A stretch of DNA of 64,000 nucleotides, from positions 1 to 64,000 of the IMG/VR virus record IMGVR_UViG_3300015608_005401; one strand, given 5' to 3'. The DNA comes from a virus (lineage: Duplodnaviria > Caudoviricetes). The position numbers and the translations under genes are program-made. Shown one piece after another: positions 1 to 9,611 of the stretch. How positions within the stretch are numbered: the first letter of the stretch is position 1; each line of letters begins with the position of its first letter. The notes beneath the pieces were generated by a model. It saw only the letters and a program-made list of their open reading frames with translations. It made no database searches and was not told the origin of the DNA.

Positions 1-816
1 ATGCGAGAATTTTTTTTGCAAAAAGGATTCATTGAAGTCCCAACGCAATCAAGGCTGTCTATCTTAGCAGCATGTGAAAACCCTCACTCAATTACCACTT
101 TTAACTACAGTGGTGAAATCTGGCCTCTTCCTCAAACAGGACAAATGTGGTTAGAACACGAACTTTTAAGAAATCCAGAATGGCCCGGATGCTTCTGTAT
201 TTCAACTTCTTATCGCCAAGAAAAGAATCCTATTCCAGGAAGGCACGAATTAATTTTCCCAATGTTTGAATTTGAATCAAAGGGTGGAATGAAAGAACTA
301 CTTAAATTAGAGTCAGAACTTTTAGCTCACTTAGGATTTGATCAACCAGTTGAAGTAAATTATGATGATGTGTGTCAAGAATATGGTGGTGTTAAAATCT
401 TAGAAGACGAACATGAAAGTAAAATGTGGAAAGAAAAAGGTTCTGTAGTTTCTTTACAATATTTCCCAAGAAGAACGAATCCTTTCTGGAACATGAAAAA
501 CAAAGATGGTGAGATATTCAACAAAGTTGATGTTATTCTTTATGGTCAAGAAACAATTGGATCAGCTGAAAGAAGCTGTGATGTTGAAAAAATGAAAGAA
601 ATGTTCTACACTATTGAAGATGGTAAATATTCGGCTAAACTATTTGAACTTTTTGGAAAAGAAAGAGTTGAAGCTGAATTGGAAATTTTCTTAGCGTATG
701 ACTTCTTCCCAAGATTTGGCGGAGGTATTGGAATGACAAGATTAGCAAGAGCATATGAAATGATGCTACAAGAAAAAGGTGTAAATTCAGAAGTTGAAGC
801 TGAAACTTTAGCTTAA
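1..816 (+). CDS. Class II aminoacyl-tRNA synthetase catalytic-domain paralogue (AsnRS/AspRS-like, no anticodon domain seen); 5' end possibly cut by the window
   Basis: Motif 1 FFLQKGFIEVPT, motif 2 STSYRQE..GRH..IFPMFEFE, motif 3 RFGGGIGMTRL. Confidence 0.75.
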   Translation: MREFFLQKGFIEVPTQSRLSILAACENPHSITTFNYSGEIWPLPQTGQMWLEHELLRNPEWPGCFCISTSYRQEKNPIPGRHELIFPMFEFESKGGMKELLKLESELLAHLGFDQPVEVNYDDVCQEYGGVKILEDEHESKMWKEKGSVVSLQYFPRRTNPFWNMKNKDGEIFNKVDVILYGQETIGSAERSCDVEKMKEMFYTIEDGKYSAKLFELFGKERVEAELEIFLAYDFFPRFGGGIGMTRLARAYEMMLQEKGVNSEVEAETLA

Positions 817-834
817 TTTATATCACTTAATTAT

Positions 835-866
835 AAAAAAGAGAGTCAGTTACGACTCTCTTTTTT
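835..866. terminator. Bidirectional intrinsic terminator
   Basis: aaaaaaGAGAGTC-agttac-GACTCTCtttttt between convergent genes. Confidence 0.75.
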
Positions 867-1127
867 ATTTTTATACTTTTTGTAGTAATGTTTTATTTTA
901 TCTTCATAGATACTTAGAATAATATCTTTGACTGCTATTGCAGGATTGTTACCCGAAAAGTAGAAGTATAAGCCAAAACAAAATGCCGCAAGGCAATACA
1001 AAACTAAGTTGGCTCCTAAGTAAGAACCAGTTAATCTCATCAACATTATCTGAATAGCGTCGAATCCAAAGGGGTTGAAAAACATCCCCAACATTAGACA
1101 TAGTGTTGCTAATTTTTGTTTTGTCAT
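846..1127 (-). CDS. Small membrane protein
   Basis: Two hydrophobic segments and a basic tail. Confidence 0.55.
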   Translation of the reverse strand: MTKQKLATLCLMLGMFFNPFGFDAIQIMLMRLTGSYLGANLVLYCLAAFCFGLYFYFSGNNPAIAVKDIILSIYEDKIKHYYKKYKNKKESRN

Positions 1128-1295
1128 TTTCCGTTCGTACCTGCTTCAGAAAGTATTTGGGGTACGATTTTATACTGGGACCTGAATCCATATGATAAAT
1201 ATTTTTTGACTTACGCCTCCCAAACTCCTCATACAACTCACTTGAGACGCAGTTATGTACTATATATTAATACAAATATACGAAAAAAAAATTAT

Positions 1296-1490
1296 TTAAT
1301 TTAAACGCATTTTGTAAATTTCAATGACATCATTTTGATATCCTTCAAAAAGATCTTTTCTATCAAGTGTATATCGACTTACTCCCAATATACTATCTGA
1401 ATAAGATGAATATAACTTACCCAGGTTATTGAACAATTCAATACGACCCGTTAATTTCCATCTTATACAAATAATGGTAGAACTTCTCAT
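1296..1490 (-). CDS. Small hypothetical protein
   Basis: 64-aa ORF directly downstream of the phosphoesterase. Confidence 0.5.
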   Translation of the reverse strand: MRSSTIICIRWKLTGRIELFNNLGKLYSSYSDSILGVSRYTLDRKDLFEGYQNDVIEIYKMRLN

Positions 1491-1521
1491 ACTGTATTAT
1501 AAAAAAGAAAAGAGAGATTGT

Positions 1522-2310
1522 TTAATCTCTCTCTTCCCAAAGTTCACCAACTCCTAAAAGTCTATGCTTTATTCCAAACATTGTTAAATCATCGCTTCTA
1601 TGGAAGTGACCATAATAGTGATGTGTGATGCTATTATTTAATCTTAATATAGTAAATGCTTGAGTTAAAAGATTTCTTTCTACAAGCAAGTCGGTTCTTA
1701 AAGCCTCATCTCCGGTTTCTTTTATAATATTATTTACAAAGTAACCTAATCCCATTTTATTATCAGGTGTGCAATAATCCGGTGCTGTGTGAGTAACAAC
1801 AATATCAATATCTCTATACTGACCAAGTTTATCAGTATCCAAAACAAATGGCTCATCTGGAAACCAGCTTTCAACACCTAATGTTATATTTTCGAATATA
1901 CCTTGCTTTTGTTTTTTAGTATAACGCCATTCACGATCAACACTTACAGCACCACCAATACAAAGAATATTTTTTCCTTCTAAGTTAAGTACTGTATAAT
2001 CCTTTACTAAGTGAATATTAGTAAAACCAAATGGATCATTATCAAAGTGTGGTTTGTAATCATGATTACCACGAATAGCCCAAACATGAACATTGTTCTT
2101 AACAAGAAGAGGGTGATACATTTCAAGCATACGCTTTTCTTTTTCTATTGGGCTAAAACCAACACCAAAGTCACCTACTTGAATGATGTGCGCATCTTTA
2201 ACATCATACATCTTAACATATTGATGAATGAGATTAAAATTACCGTGTATGTCTCCTAAATATAAAATACGCATAATTACAAATATAATTAATGTTTTCG
2301 GGGTTTCCAA
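1522..2310 (-). CDS. Calcineurin-like metallophosphoesterase (true start probably MRILYLGDIHG)
   Basis: GDIHG, QVGDFG, IRGNHD, VTH, HYYGHFH motifs. Confidence 0.9.
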   Translation of the reverse strand: METPKTLIIFVIMRILYLGDIHGNFNLIHQYVKMYDVKDAHIIQVGDFGVGFSPIEKEKRMLEMYHPLLVKNNVHVWAIRGNHDYKPHFDNDPFGFTNIHLVKDYTVLNLEGKNILCIGGAVSVDREWRYTKKQKQGIFENITLGVESWFPDEPFVLDTDKLGQYRDIDIVVTHTAPDYCTPDNKMGLGYFVNNIIKETGDEALRTDLLVERNLLTQAFTILRLNNSITHHYYGHFHRSDDLTMFGIKHRLLGVGELWEERD

Positions 2311-2394
2311 ATTTATTATAGTGTTATCATCATGATGTTACATGATTTATAATAAAATTTATTATGATATATATGAATTAATATATAATTTGTT

Positions 2395-2553
2395 ATGAAA
2401 AAAATTAAAACTTTTGATACTTTTAATGAAGGAGTGTCAAAACTATCAACATATCTCACCAACATATTAAAAAAAGGTGGAAAGATAGCATCTGATACCT
2501 GGGAAGCCACAACCACTGAAGACCGAGTAATACATCTACTTTCATTTATTTGA
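2395..2553 (+). pseudogene. 5' fragment of an MKHLKKFNE-family protein, truncated at the junction near 2513
   Basis: Translates MKKIKTFDTFNEGVSKLSTYLTNILKKGG..., then runs into the antisense of the purA start. Confidence 0.55.
2513..2545 (-). pseudogene. purA: First 11 codons of adenylosuccinate synthetase, rest absent
   Basis: ATG follows the 2546 stop directly (TAAATG) and reads MKVDVLLGLQW, the PurA N-terminus normally followed by GDEGKGK; here it is followed by unrelated sequence. Confidence 0.65.
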
Positions 2554-2947
2554 TTATTTTTTCTAATTTGTGATTTCTATCCCATTGAGTCATTAAACTC
2601 ATAAGATGTTCTCCTATAAATTCATTATTCAGTGACATATCTTTGTTAAGATCAAATTCTTCAACTTCTATTTCTCTGAAGTCCATTATATCATTGTATT
2701 TACTAACACGACTTGAATACTCTTGTGATTCTTGCCAAGTACAATCTTTATCATATTCTAAATCTTCTGCTGTTGGTGTCCAACCTTTTGGTTCATTAAA
2801 AATACTATACTTTTTTTCTTCGTAGAAATCTTCCCACTTTTTGGCAATTTCATCTGCTACCTTTTTATCGGTATATAAACCAATAATCTGCCATCTTGAA
2901 GATTCGTAATCTTCAAAGTAAGACCTAACCATGTAGATTTTATCCAT
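2546..2947 (-). CDS. Hypothetical protein, C-terminal RxxK[IL]xx[IL][IL] motif
   Basis: Ends WDRNHKLEKIIK; member of a coupled minus-strand operon. Confidence 0.7.
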   Translation of the reverse strand: MDKIYMVRSYFEDYESSRWQIIGLYTDKKVADEIAKKWEDFYEEKKYSIFNEPKGWTPTAEDLEYDKDCTWQESQEYSSRVSKYNDIMDFREIEVEEFDLNKDMSLNNEFIGEHLMSLMTQWDRNHKLEKIIK

Positions 2948-3455
2948 TGAATATTTCGTTTAAGTTATTGTCTCTTAAAATTCCAGATTCTTTCATTAAA
3001 TCGGTCCAGATTTCATTAAAGTTTTCAGCGTTTATTTCTTTTAGCTTCTGAACAAGAATTGGTTTAAGTTCGTCAAATAGATTTTCATCCTTATAGTTAC
3101 TTCTAAGTCTATATCCATAATTAATGGTAAAGCCCATATTTTTAATTAAAGACATTTCAACATAGTTATCATCGCTATAAAGAGTATTTGAATTTCTTTT
3201 AATTGGTGTTTTAACTTTAGTTATATCACCAGTGCTTATAGAAACTCTATTATCATCAATGTTGATATTAATGTTATTTCTATAATTAGCTAAATTAAGA
3301 ACCATTTTCTTAAACTTCTCACTTACTTCATTATCATACTCTGACCAATCCCCATTTGAAATTTCTTCTTGAATTTTCATCTTTGAAGGTCTTTCGTAAT
3401 TTCTTACTTCTTCATGAATGAATTTAGCCAGTTTTTTTAATTTCTTAGACTTCAT
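2940..3455 (-). CDS. Hypothetical protein, C-terminal motif family
   Basis: Ends LRDNNLNEIFNG; overlaps neighbours. Confidence 0.7.
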   Translation of the reverse strand: MKSKKLKKLAKFIHEEVRNYERPSKMKIQEEISNGDWSEYDNEVSEKFKKMVLNLANYRNNININIDDNRVSISTGDITKVKTPIKRNSNTLYSDDNYVEMSLIKNMGFTINYGYRLRSNYKDENLFDELKPILVQKLKEINAENFNEIWTDLMKESGILRDNNLNEIFNG

Positions 3456-3810
3456 ATAGTGAATTAATTTTATAATCTCTTAGTTCTTTAGTTGACCATT
3501 CAATAAATTTTTGATCATAACCCATTATTTTATTCAATTCATTGTATAAAGTTTGAATTGTCATGTCTTTAAGTTTATGAACCGCATATAAATTAACACC
3601 ACCTATAGTAAAATCAACCCATTTTGTACCATCGCCATGTTTATTATAATAGATTTTTATTTCTATTTTACCTAACATAGGAATAAATGCCTTGTAATAA
3701 GATGGTACTCTATTGAATATTTTACCATCAATAGTCTCAACCATATAAACATTTTCATCTTTGAATATTTCACTACTCATTAGATATTTTTCTAATTCAA
3801 CACCTGTCAT
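3445..3810 (-). CDS. Hypothetical protein, C-terminal motif family
   Basis: Ends LRDYKINSLYEV. Confidence 0.7.
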   Translation of the reverse strand: MTGVELEKYLMSSEIFKDENVYMVETIDGKIFNRVPSYYKAFIPMLGKIEIKIYYNKHGDGTKWVDFTIGGVNLYAVHKLKDMTIQTLYNELNKIMGYDQKFIEWSTKELRDYKINSLYEV

Positions 3811-4109
3811 GACAAAACTTTATTCAATTTATAATCTCTTACAGCTGATTTAAGACCGTTATTTACTTTAGTGTGATGTGCCTCTGCGTCGTGATCACCT
3901 ATCATATTTTCAAAATGTAGTATTTGCCAATTAGGAATAAATAACTCCCAAGAGTTATATTCACATCTTAAACGAGGTTTATTACTAGTTACTATTTCTA
4001 TCATACCTTTACCGATATGTGGCATACTAACCATAGTTAAATCATATATCACACTATTAACAAATCCAACTGAACTTTTACCAATAAATTTTGCTTTTAT
4101 CTTAAACAT
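3807..4109 (-). CDS. Hypothetical protein, C-terminal motif family
   Basis: Ends VRDYKLNKVLS. Confidence 0.7.
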   Translation of the reverse strand: MFKIKAKFIGKSSVGFVNSVIYDLTMVSMPHIGKGMIEIVTSNKPRLRCEYNSWELFIPNWQILHFENMIGDHDAEAHHTKVNNGLKSAVRDYKLNKVLS

Positions 4110-4110
4110 A

Positions 4111-4680
4111 TCACAATTCTAAAATGTTATTTAATCTTTGACTACGATTTAGAGTTTTTAACTCAGCACTAATTCTACTAATACTACTTTTATAAGAATC
4201 TATGGATTCTTTATTTATATTCTCATAGTGTTCGATGATGTAATCCCACATAAACAAAATAATATCAGTTGCAATTTTATCTTCTTTTGATACAGATAAG
4301 CTTGTACCACCCGCTCTAATATTACAAGAAGATAAAAATATACCATCACCATAATCTCTTAATCTAACAGACATTGATGATTTTTCATCATGTGAAACTA
4401 AATTAACAACCCAACAAGAATCTCTATCTATTCTATGTGGATCCTCAGTTACTTCAGCCTTCCATCCTTCTAACTTTATATTTTCCATAAAGTCATAGAA
4501 CGTCTTCCAATCTGGTTCAACGTCCTTATAGTAAATTCGTGTGGGTATTTTAGCCAAAGTGGTAACACCTTTATATTTTTCAATAACGGCTTCACTTTTT
4601 TCTTTCAATTTACTAAAAGAGATAATTCTATACAAGTTATACGCTTGTAAGGCAAATAATATAATAATTAGTATTAACAT
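4111..4680 (-). CDS. Hypothetical membrane-anchored protein, C-terminal motif family
   Basis: N-terminal hydrophobic helix; ends NRSQRLNNILEL. Confidence 0.7.
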   Translation of the reverse strand: MLILIIILFALQAYNLYRIISFSKLKEKSEAVIEKYKGVTTLAKIPTRIYYKDVEPDWKTFYDFMENIKLEGWKAEVTEDPHRIDRDSCWVVNLVSHDEKSSMSVRLRDYGDGIFLSSCNIRAGGTSLSVSKEDKIATDIILFMWDYIIEHYENINKESIDSYKSSISRISAELKTLNRSQRLNNILEL

Positions 4681-4695
4681 TTAATATATAGATTT

Positions 4696-5769
4696 ATGAA
4701 TAAGATTAGCAAATATAATGATTTTCTTTTAGAAAAAGAATTTAATTCTATAGTTTCTGACTTTTTTAGAATAGTTGAAGATGTAAAAGGTGTTTGGACA
4801 AGTCCAACAACAATTGAATGGGACTATACTAAGAAAGAGGAAGAAGAACCTGAACAAGAAAATGATAGAGATGAGCTTACAGATTTAATAATTGGTTTTG
4901 GTGAGAAAGCTCTAAACAAACTTCGAGAGTTCTTAAAAAAATTACCTAAAGAAAAGATAAAAGAATATTATATTAAGCTAATTAACAAGTTTAAAAGCCT
5001 TCCAACTACACTTAGAAGAAAGCTTGTGGCGGGTGTTACAGCAGTATTCTTAACATTTGTTAGTTTAAGCTATTTAATATCACCATCTGATGCTCATTTA
5101 ATGAAATCTGGTTTCTTTACAAAAGACCAAACAGAAGAAATTATATCAGTCACAAAATCCGAAGATAAAGTAGAGAAACATGCTTCATTTGAAGAAGCTC
5201 AAAAGCTTGTAAAAACAGCAGAGGCTGGCTACTCAGATGATAAAGGTGATGTTGGTAACTGGATAGATGTACCAAGTGGTGGTAGAAGATTTATCGGAAC
5301 AAATCACGGTATATCAGCACCAATATTGGCAAAATATTTTAAGGAAAAAGGAATTACAAGGTTGCTTTCGAAAAATGACATGATCAAGCTATCATATAAA
5401 ACAGCACTTAAAATATTCAAAAATAATTATTGGGATCAACAAGAGCTTAGTACTTTGAAAGATCAAGATGTAGCTAATATAATTTATGATGGTTGTGTCA
5501 ATCAAGGTGTTGATGGGATGAGAAGTGTTTTGAGAGATGCTTTGGAAGAAAATGGTATTGAAATATCAGATAGTGATATTATATTCTCTAAAGAGATATT
5601 AAGCAAAGCAAACGAAGTTGATCAAGAAAAACTATTTGACTCCATTAAGAAGTTTAGAGAGGAAAGATATAGAGATTCTAAAACATTTAATAGACACGGT
5701 GAAGGTTGGTTGAATAGGCTTGATGCCATATCATATAAAGGTGATATTCCTGAACAAGATAGAGTATAA
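4696..5769 (+). CDS. Peptidoglycan hydrolase with C-terminal GH108-type lysozyme domain
   Basis: EAGYSDDKGDVGNW, GTNHGI, NNYWD, YDGCVNQG and GWLNRL match the GH108 plus PG-binding-3 pattern; central hydrophobic segment. Confidence 0.75.
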   Translation: MNKISKYNDFLLEKEFNSIVSDFFRIVEDVKGVWTSPTTIEWDYTKKEEEEPEQENDRDELTDLIIGFGEKALNKLREFLKKLPKEKIKEYYIKLINKFKSLPTTLRRKLVAGVTAVFLTFVSLSYLISPSDAHLMKSGFFTKDQTEEIISVTKSEDKVEKHASFEEAQKLVKTAEAGYSDDKGDVGNWIDVPSGGRRFIGTNHGISAPILAKYFKEKGITRLLSKNDMIKLSYKTALKIFKNNYWDQQELSTLKDQDVANIIYDGCVNQGVDGMRSVLRDALEENGIEISDSDIIFSKEILSKANEVDQEKLFDSIKKFREERYRDSKTFNRHGEGWLNRLDAISYKGDIPEQDRV

Positions 5770-5774
5770 AAATT

Positions 5775-6497
5775 ATGTATAAAATGAAACATTTAAAAAA
5801 ATTTAATGAAAATGTATCACTATTTGATCCAAATTGGGTAAAACTACTACCTAAAAAATTATCCATAATTACACAAAATGGCGACTTTACACTAAATGTA
5901 AAAAGCTTGGAGCCAGAAGATGATGGATATTCAGGTATCTATAATTTGATGACATCAGTTTCATTCTCATATGGTCAAAACACACTTGAGAAAGATAATA
6001 ATGACCCAACAGCCGATGGTGAGCCAGACAACCTACAATTTGATATTGCTGTTGTTAAAGATAACAAAGGTGATGAAGCAAACCCATCAAAGTCTCTAAG
6101 ATTAAATGTTGATTTAACATATGGTGATTCTATGATGTATGCATTCACAATCGATTATCCAAATAAAGTACATGTACATCATTATAATGGTAAAGATTCT
6201 TTATACGATCCTGATACATACTTTGGGTTCTCTGATGAGTCTCTTCAGGAGTTGGTTACTTTTTTTAACAGATTTGGATTTACTACCACACCAGAAGACT
6301 ATAAGTTCATTGATAGCGACTTAGATAGTTATGACTACAAAAGACCTAATGAAGAAATATTGAAAGATGTTAAAACAAAAGGAAATAAGCTAGAACCTAT
6401 GATAATGGATGATGAAATGAAATCTGAAGTTGATGCCATGAAAGGTGGTGATAAAATTATAAGATACAATGAGTTTAAAGCATCTAAAAAGTCTTAA
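5775..6497 (+). CDS. MKHLKKFNE-family hypothetical protein
   Basis: MKHLKKFNE at residue 4. Confidence 0.7.
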   Translation: MYKMKHLKKFNENVSLFDPNWVKLLPKKLSIITQNGDFTLNVKSLEPEDDGYSGIYNLMTSVSFSYGQNTLEKDNNDPTADGEPDNLQFDIAVVKDNKGDEANPSKSLRLNVDLTYGDSMMYAFTIDYPNKVHVHHYNGKDSLYDPDTYFGFSDESLQELVTFFNRFGFTTTPEDYKFIDSDLDSYDYKRPNEEILKDVKTKGNKLEPMIMDDEMKSEVDAMKGGDKIIRYNEFKASKKS

Positions 6498-7068
6498 TGA
6501 GGTAATCAAAGTACCTATCAAAGTTGGTGATACGGTATTGGGTGGTCGTTTCAAAAATAAGAAGATAGTAGTTAAGAAAATTGGCAAGAATACCAAAGGT
6601 GATATTACTACTAACGACAAGCCTTTGCTTAAATTTAGAGTTATTAAAGAGTCTTTCAGAGAAGATGTCGAAATTAATTTAGCTCATCTTATCGATGATG
6701 GTTTTATAGTTAATATTGAGAAAACTTATAGTACCTTAGATGATGAAACTTCTGATGATCCAAACTTCGATTATATGATAAGAATTTGGCTACCGGTTGA
6801 TAAATCAGACTTAGAATACTCATATGAAAATTCAGCAGCATTCAATTGGTCTAAAATCGAAGATGAAGTTATTAGAGCAATTGGATATATATCAGAACAT
6901 CACGAAATTGAGTATCTATATACTATTGCTGCAAAAGGTCAAGATGGTTATGGATTTAAGAGAACACAGTGGAGTGTTAATCAGTTGATTGATAATAATA
7001 TGAATCTAGGTTCAATAAAGTGTTTAATAATTTCAGTTAAATCACATCCAAAATTAACTTCACTATAA
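6469..7068 (+). CDS. MKHLKKFNE-family hypothetical protein
   Basis: KHLKSLNE near the N-terminus; start uncertain. Confidence 0.6.
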   Translation: MSLKHLKSLNEVIKVPIKVGDTVLGGRFKNKKIVVKKIGKNTKGDITTNDKPLLKFRVIKESFREDVEINLAHLIDDGFIVNIEKTYSTLDDETSDDPNFDYMIRIWLPVDKSDLEYSYENSAAFNWSKIEDEVIRAIGYISEHHEIEYLYTIAAKGQDGYGFKRTQWSVNQLIDNNMNLGSIKCLIISVKSHPKLTSL

Positions 7069-7113
7069 ACTTTACCACACATTATCATATAATTACAAAA
7101 TTGTAATTTTAAT

Positions 7114-7563
7114 ATGAGAATATCTATTGGTAGTGACCATGCTGGTTATGAATTAAAAGAAAAAGTTAAACAATATCTTAATTCTAAAAAAGGTATTGAA
7201 TTAAATGATTGGGGTTGCTACTCAGAAGAAAGATGTGATTACCCAGACTTTGGACACGCAGTCGCTGAAGATGTTAATAATCAAAAGTGTGACTTTGGTA
7301 TTCTTATTTGTGGCTCAGGTAACGGTATTAATATGACCGCTAATAAGTGGTCAGGTGTCAGATCAGCTCTTTGTTGGAGTTCAGAGATTGCTAATATGGC
7401 AAGATTACACAATGATGCAAATATTCTAACAATGCCTGGTAGATATATTTCAGAAGAAGAAGCTTTTAAGTGTGTTGATGAATTTATGAATACCGGATTC
7501 GAAGGTGGTCGTCATGAAGATAGAGTTGCTAAAATTTCTAATAGAAATTTGAAAAATGTTTAA
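7114..7563 (+). CDS. rpiB: Ribose-5-phosphate isomerase B
   Basis: GSDHAG, DYPD, CGSGNG, ARLHNDAN and FEGGRH motifs. Confidence 0.95.
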   Translation: MRISIGSDHAGYELKEKVKQYLNSKKGIELNDWGCYSEERCDYPDFGHAVAEDVNNQKCDFGILICGSGNGINMTANKWSGVRSALCWSSEIANMARLHNDANILTMPGRYISEEEAFKCVDEFMNTGFEGGRHEDRVAKISNRNLKNV

Positions 7564-7694
7564 TTATTTTATATATTTGTAGTTATAAAAGAATCCCTTA
7601 TAGAATAAGGGATTCTTTTATTTTTTTATATAAATCACAAACTATTTTGATAATTCAAACTTAATAAATAATTTACAAAAATATAATACACCAA

Positions 7695-7916
7695 ATGAAA
7701 ACATCCCTCAGAGAAAGTGTTATCTCTTATTTAAGAGAACAAAAATTGTTCGGAGATAAAGATATTGTTTTTGAATTTATTAAATATTTAGATGCTTATT
7801 GTGCTGAGTTAAATCATACCGAATGGGATGTTCTATCAAATGACGAACACTATGATTTAGTATATCATTTATTTGAAAGTATTATATTAAAGAGTAAGCC
7901 AGAGTTAGTCCTTTGA
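7695..7916 (+). CDS. Hypothetical protein
   Basis: 73-aa ORF with an A-rich start context. Confidence 0.5.
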   Translation: MKTSLRESVISYLREQKLFGDKDIVFEFIKYLDAYCAELNHTEWDVLSNDEHYDLVYHLFESIILKSKPELVL

Positions 7917-8090
7917 CTTATAAGCACCACCCTTGCGCTTTCTTTTGCAGTATTGCTTTTGACTAAATCCTTTTGGATTTGAGCAGTTAATAGACTTTTT
8001 ATATTTAACAGACCAACGTTTTTTACCACCGGCTCTTGGTTTATTATAAGACTCATTGATAAAGTCTTCAAATGTTAAAATATTTTCCAT
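7905..8090 (-). CDS. Small basic protein (KKSINCSNPKGFSQKQYC type)
   Basis: N-terminal ILTFEDFINES resembles the capsid-targeting-like motif; two Cys. Confidence 0.6.
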   Translation of the reverse strand: MENILTFEDFINESYNKPRAGGKKRWSVKYKKSINCSNPKGFSQKQYCKRKRKGGAYKSKD

Positions 8091-8748
8091 AATGTATATA
8101 TTTTTTTCTATATTTGTGAAAATGTTTATTATGGGATATTTAAAATTTACACTTGTATTACTTTTAGAATTGGTGAGAACTAATATAGTTAAGATGTTAT
8201 ATTTGATTTTTGCTATTATAACCTTTATGTATGCCGGCTCATTTAAAGATGATGTTTCGGAATATAATGTGATTTCAACAGTAAAAGTAGATAATCAATA
8301 TATTTATATTTGTAAAACAATATCTGATAATTCAATTAAATATGAAAATGTATGGGATGAAAAAGAAATACCCATCAAGAATGGTAAAATCTATATAAGT
8401 TCATATGCTTTTTTGAACGGTTTAATGTGGTTTCTTTTTGTTGTATTATCAATATTATTAATCGTCGCTACTATAATAGGTCGAAATGATGATGATATAG
8501 GTTGGAATTTAGAGGATTGTTGGTCTGAAGCATTCGGTACTTTAATTTATTGTGAAGAAGAAAATGGCTATTTTTATTACTTTGCATTAGGTCGATTAAT
8601 ATCTAAAAAAGATAGACAAGTTAGTAGAAGTTATAGAATAACACGAGAGTTGAGTATAGATGGATTTAGAGATCTTTATCGTTGTCCAAAATATCAAACC
8701 AAAACTCAAAGACGTGAATCACTTTTAAACAAAATTGGAATAAATTAA
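8056..8748 (+). CDS. Membrane protein, C-terminal motif family (true start probably near 8122-8131)
   Basis: Several hydrophobic segments; ends RRESLLNKIGIN; TATATTTG promoter near 8110. Confidence 0.65.
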   Translation: MIKSSNVKIFSIMYIFFSIFVKMFIMGYLKFTLVLLLELVRTNIVKMLYLIFAIITFMYAGSFKDDVSEYNVISTVKVDNQYIYICKTISDNSIKYENVWDEKEIPIKNGKIYISSYAFLNGLMWFLFVVLSILLIVATIIGRNDDDIGWNLEDCWSEAFGTLIYCEEENGYFYYFALGRLISKKDRQVSRSYRITRELSIDGFRDLYRCPKYQTKTQRRESLLNKIGIN

Positions 8749-8759
8749 TATAATTAAAT

Positions 8760-9014
8760 ATGGCTAACAGTAATAAATCAGGTAGTGGGTTAAGTTTAAC
8801 CGCAGTATTATTCATCGTTTTTTTAGTTTTAAAACTAACTAATAATATTGATTGGTCTTGGTGGTGGGTTACCTCGCCTCTTTGGATGCCAATTGCTTTA
8901 ATTTTTTGTATAGTTTTTATAGCCATATTAATAGTTATAACGGCACTTACCTTTAGTGCTTCTATTGAGGATATTAAAACTAAATCCGAGAAAATCAAAA
9001 ATAAGTTGAAATAA
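8760..9014 (+). CDS. Small two-TM membrane protein
   Basis: LFIVFLVLKLT..IDWSWWWVTSPLW pattern common in phage membrane proteins. Confidence 0.75.
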   Translation: MANSNKSGSGLSLTAVLFIVFLVLKLTNNIDWSWWWVTSPLWMPIALIFCIVFIAILIVITALTFSASIEDIKTKSEKIKNKLK

Positions 9015-9016
9015 AA

Positions 9017-9047
9017 TTTGTTGTTTTAATTATTTGTTGTATATTTG
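9017..9047 (+). promoter_or_regulatory. Bacteroidota housekeeping-type promoter
   Basis: TTTG (9017-9020), 19 nt, TATATTTG (9040-9047). Confidence 0.7.
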
Positions 9048-9053
9048 TATTAA

Positions 9054-9322
9054 GGTTATTAAGTTAACCGAAACCCAAAACAACAAATATTCCGTAATAA
9101 GTCACGGACGGCAATCTAGACGAATAACGGAGTAACCTTTGCCGAGGTTACGGGATGAAAAATCTGTTGGTCCCGCAGTAGGCTTAACACCAGTCACACC
9201 GGTGTGGTTGAATTAAAAGGAGTGTGGCGGAAAGAATGAAGATGTGAACTTCTGAACTTCACAAGAAAAAAGACTGGCTAAGAGTCGATTCACACGATTC
9301 TAAACCAGTCTTTCTTGTTTTA
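9054..9322 (+). ncRNA. Unassigned structured ncRNA candidate (about 270 nt)
   Basis: GC-enriched, ORF-free, own promoter, multiple helices, loop-receptor complementarity, terminal long hairpin plus U-tract. Confidence 0.6.
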
Positions 9323-9341
9323 AACAGTTAATATATACCTT

Positions 9342-9611
9342 ATGAAACATTTAAAAAAGTTCAATGAAATGGGTATATCTGGCGATGAATATCAACAATC
9401 TTGGGCAGGATCATCTTGGGCATATAATAATCCTGAGATACCTATAGATCCTAAAGTAGAACCAATCCCTCTTAAACAGGCAAATCCATATAAATGTTTA
9501 GATTGTAACTCAGAATTCTTCTTTATTAAAGAAGATGGTGATCCTACTTGTCCTGTCTGTAGGTCAAAAAATGCAGAAAATATTAATATATACTTTAATG
9601 AAATACCTTAA
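9342..9611 (+). CDS. MKHLKKFNE-family protein with zinc ribbon
   Basis: MKHLKKFNE start; CLDC...CPVC. Confidence 0.7.
   Translation: MKHLKKFNEMGISGDEYQQSWAGSSWAYNNPEIPIDPKVEPIPLKQANPYKCLDCNSEFFFIKEDGDPTCPVCRSKNAENINIYFNEIP

Noticed and set aside
9054-9322. Retron msr-msd or DGR template repeat
   Set aside because: No reverse transcriptase in the window and no adenine-mismatched repeat pair found.
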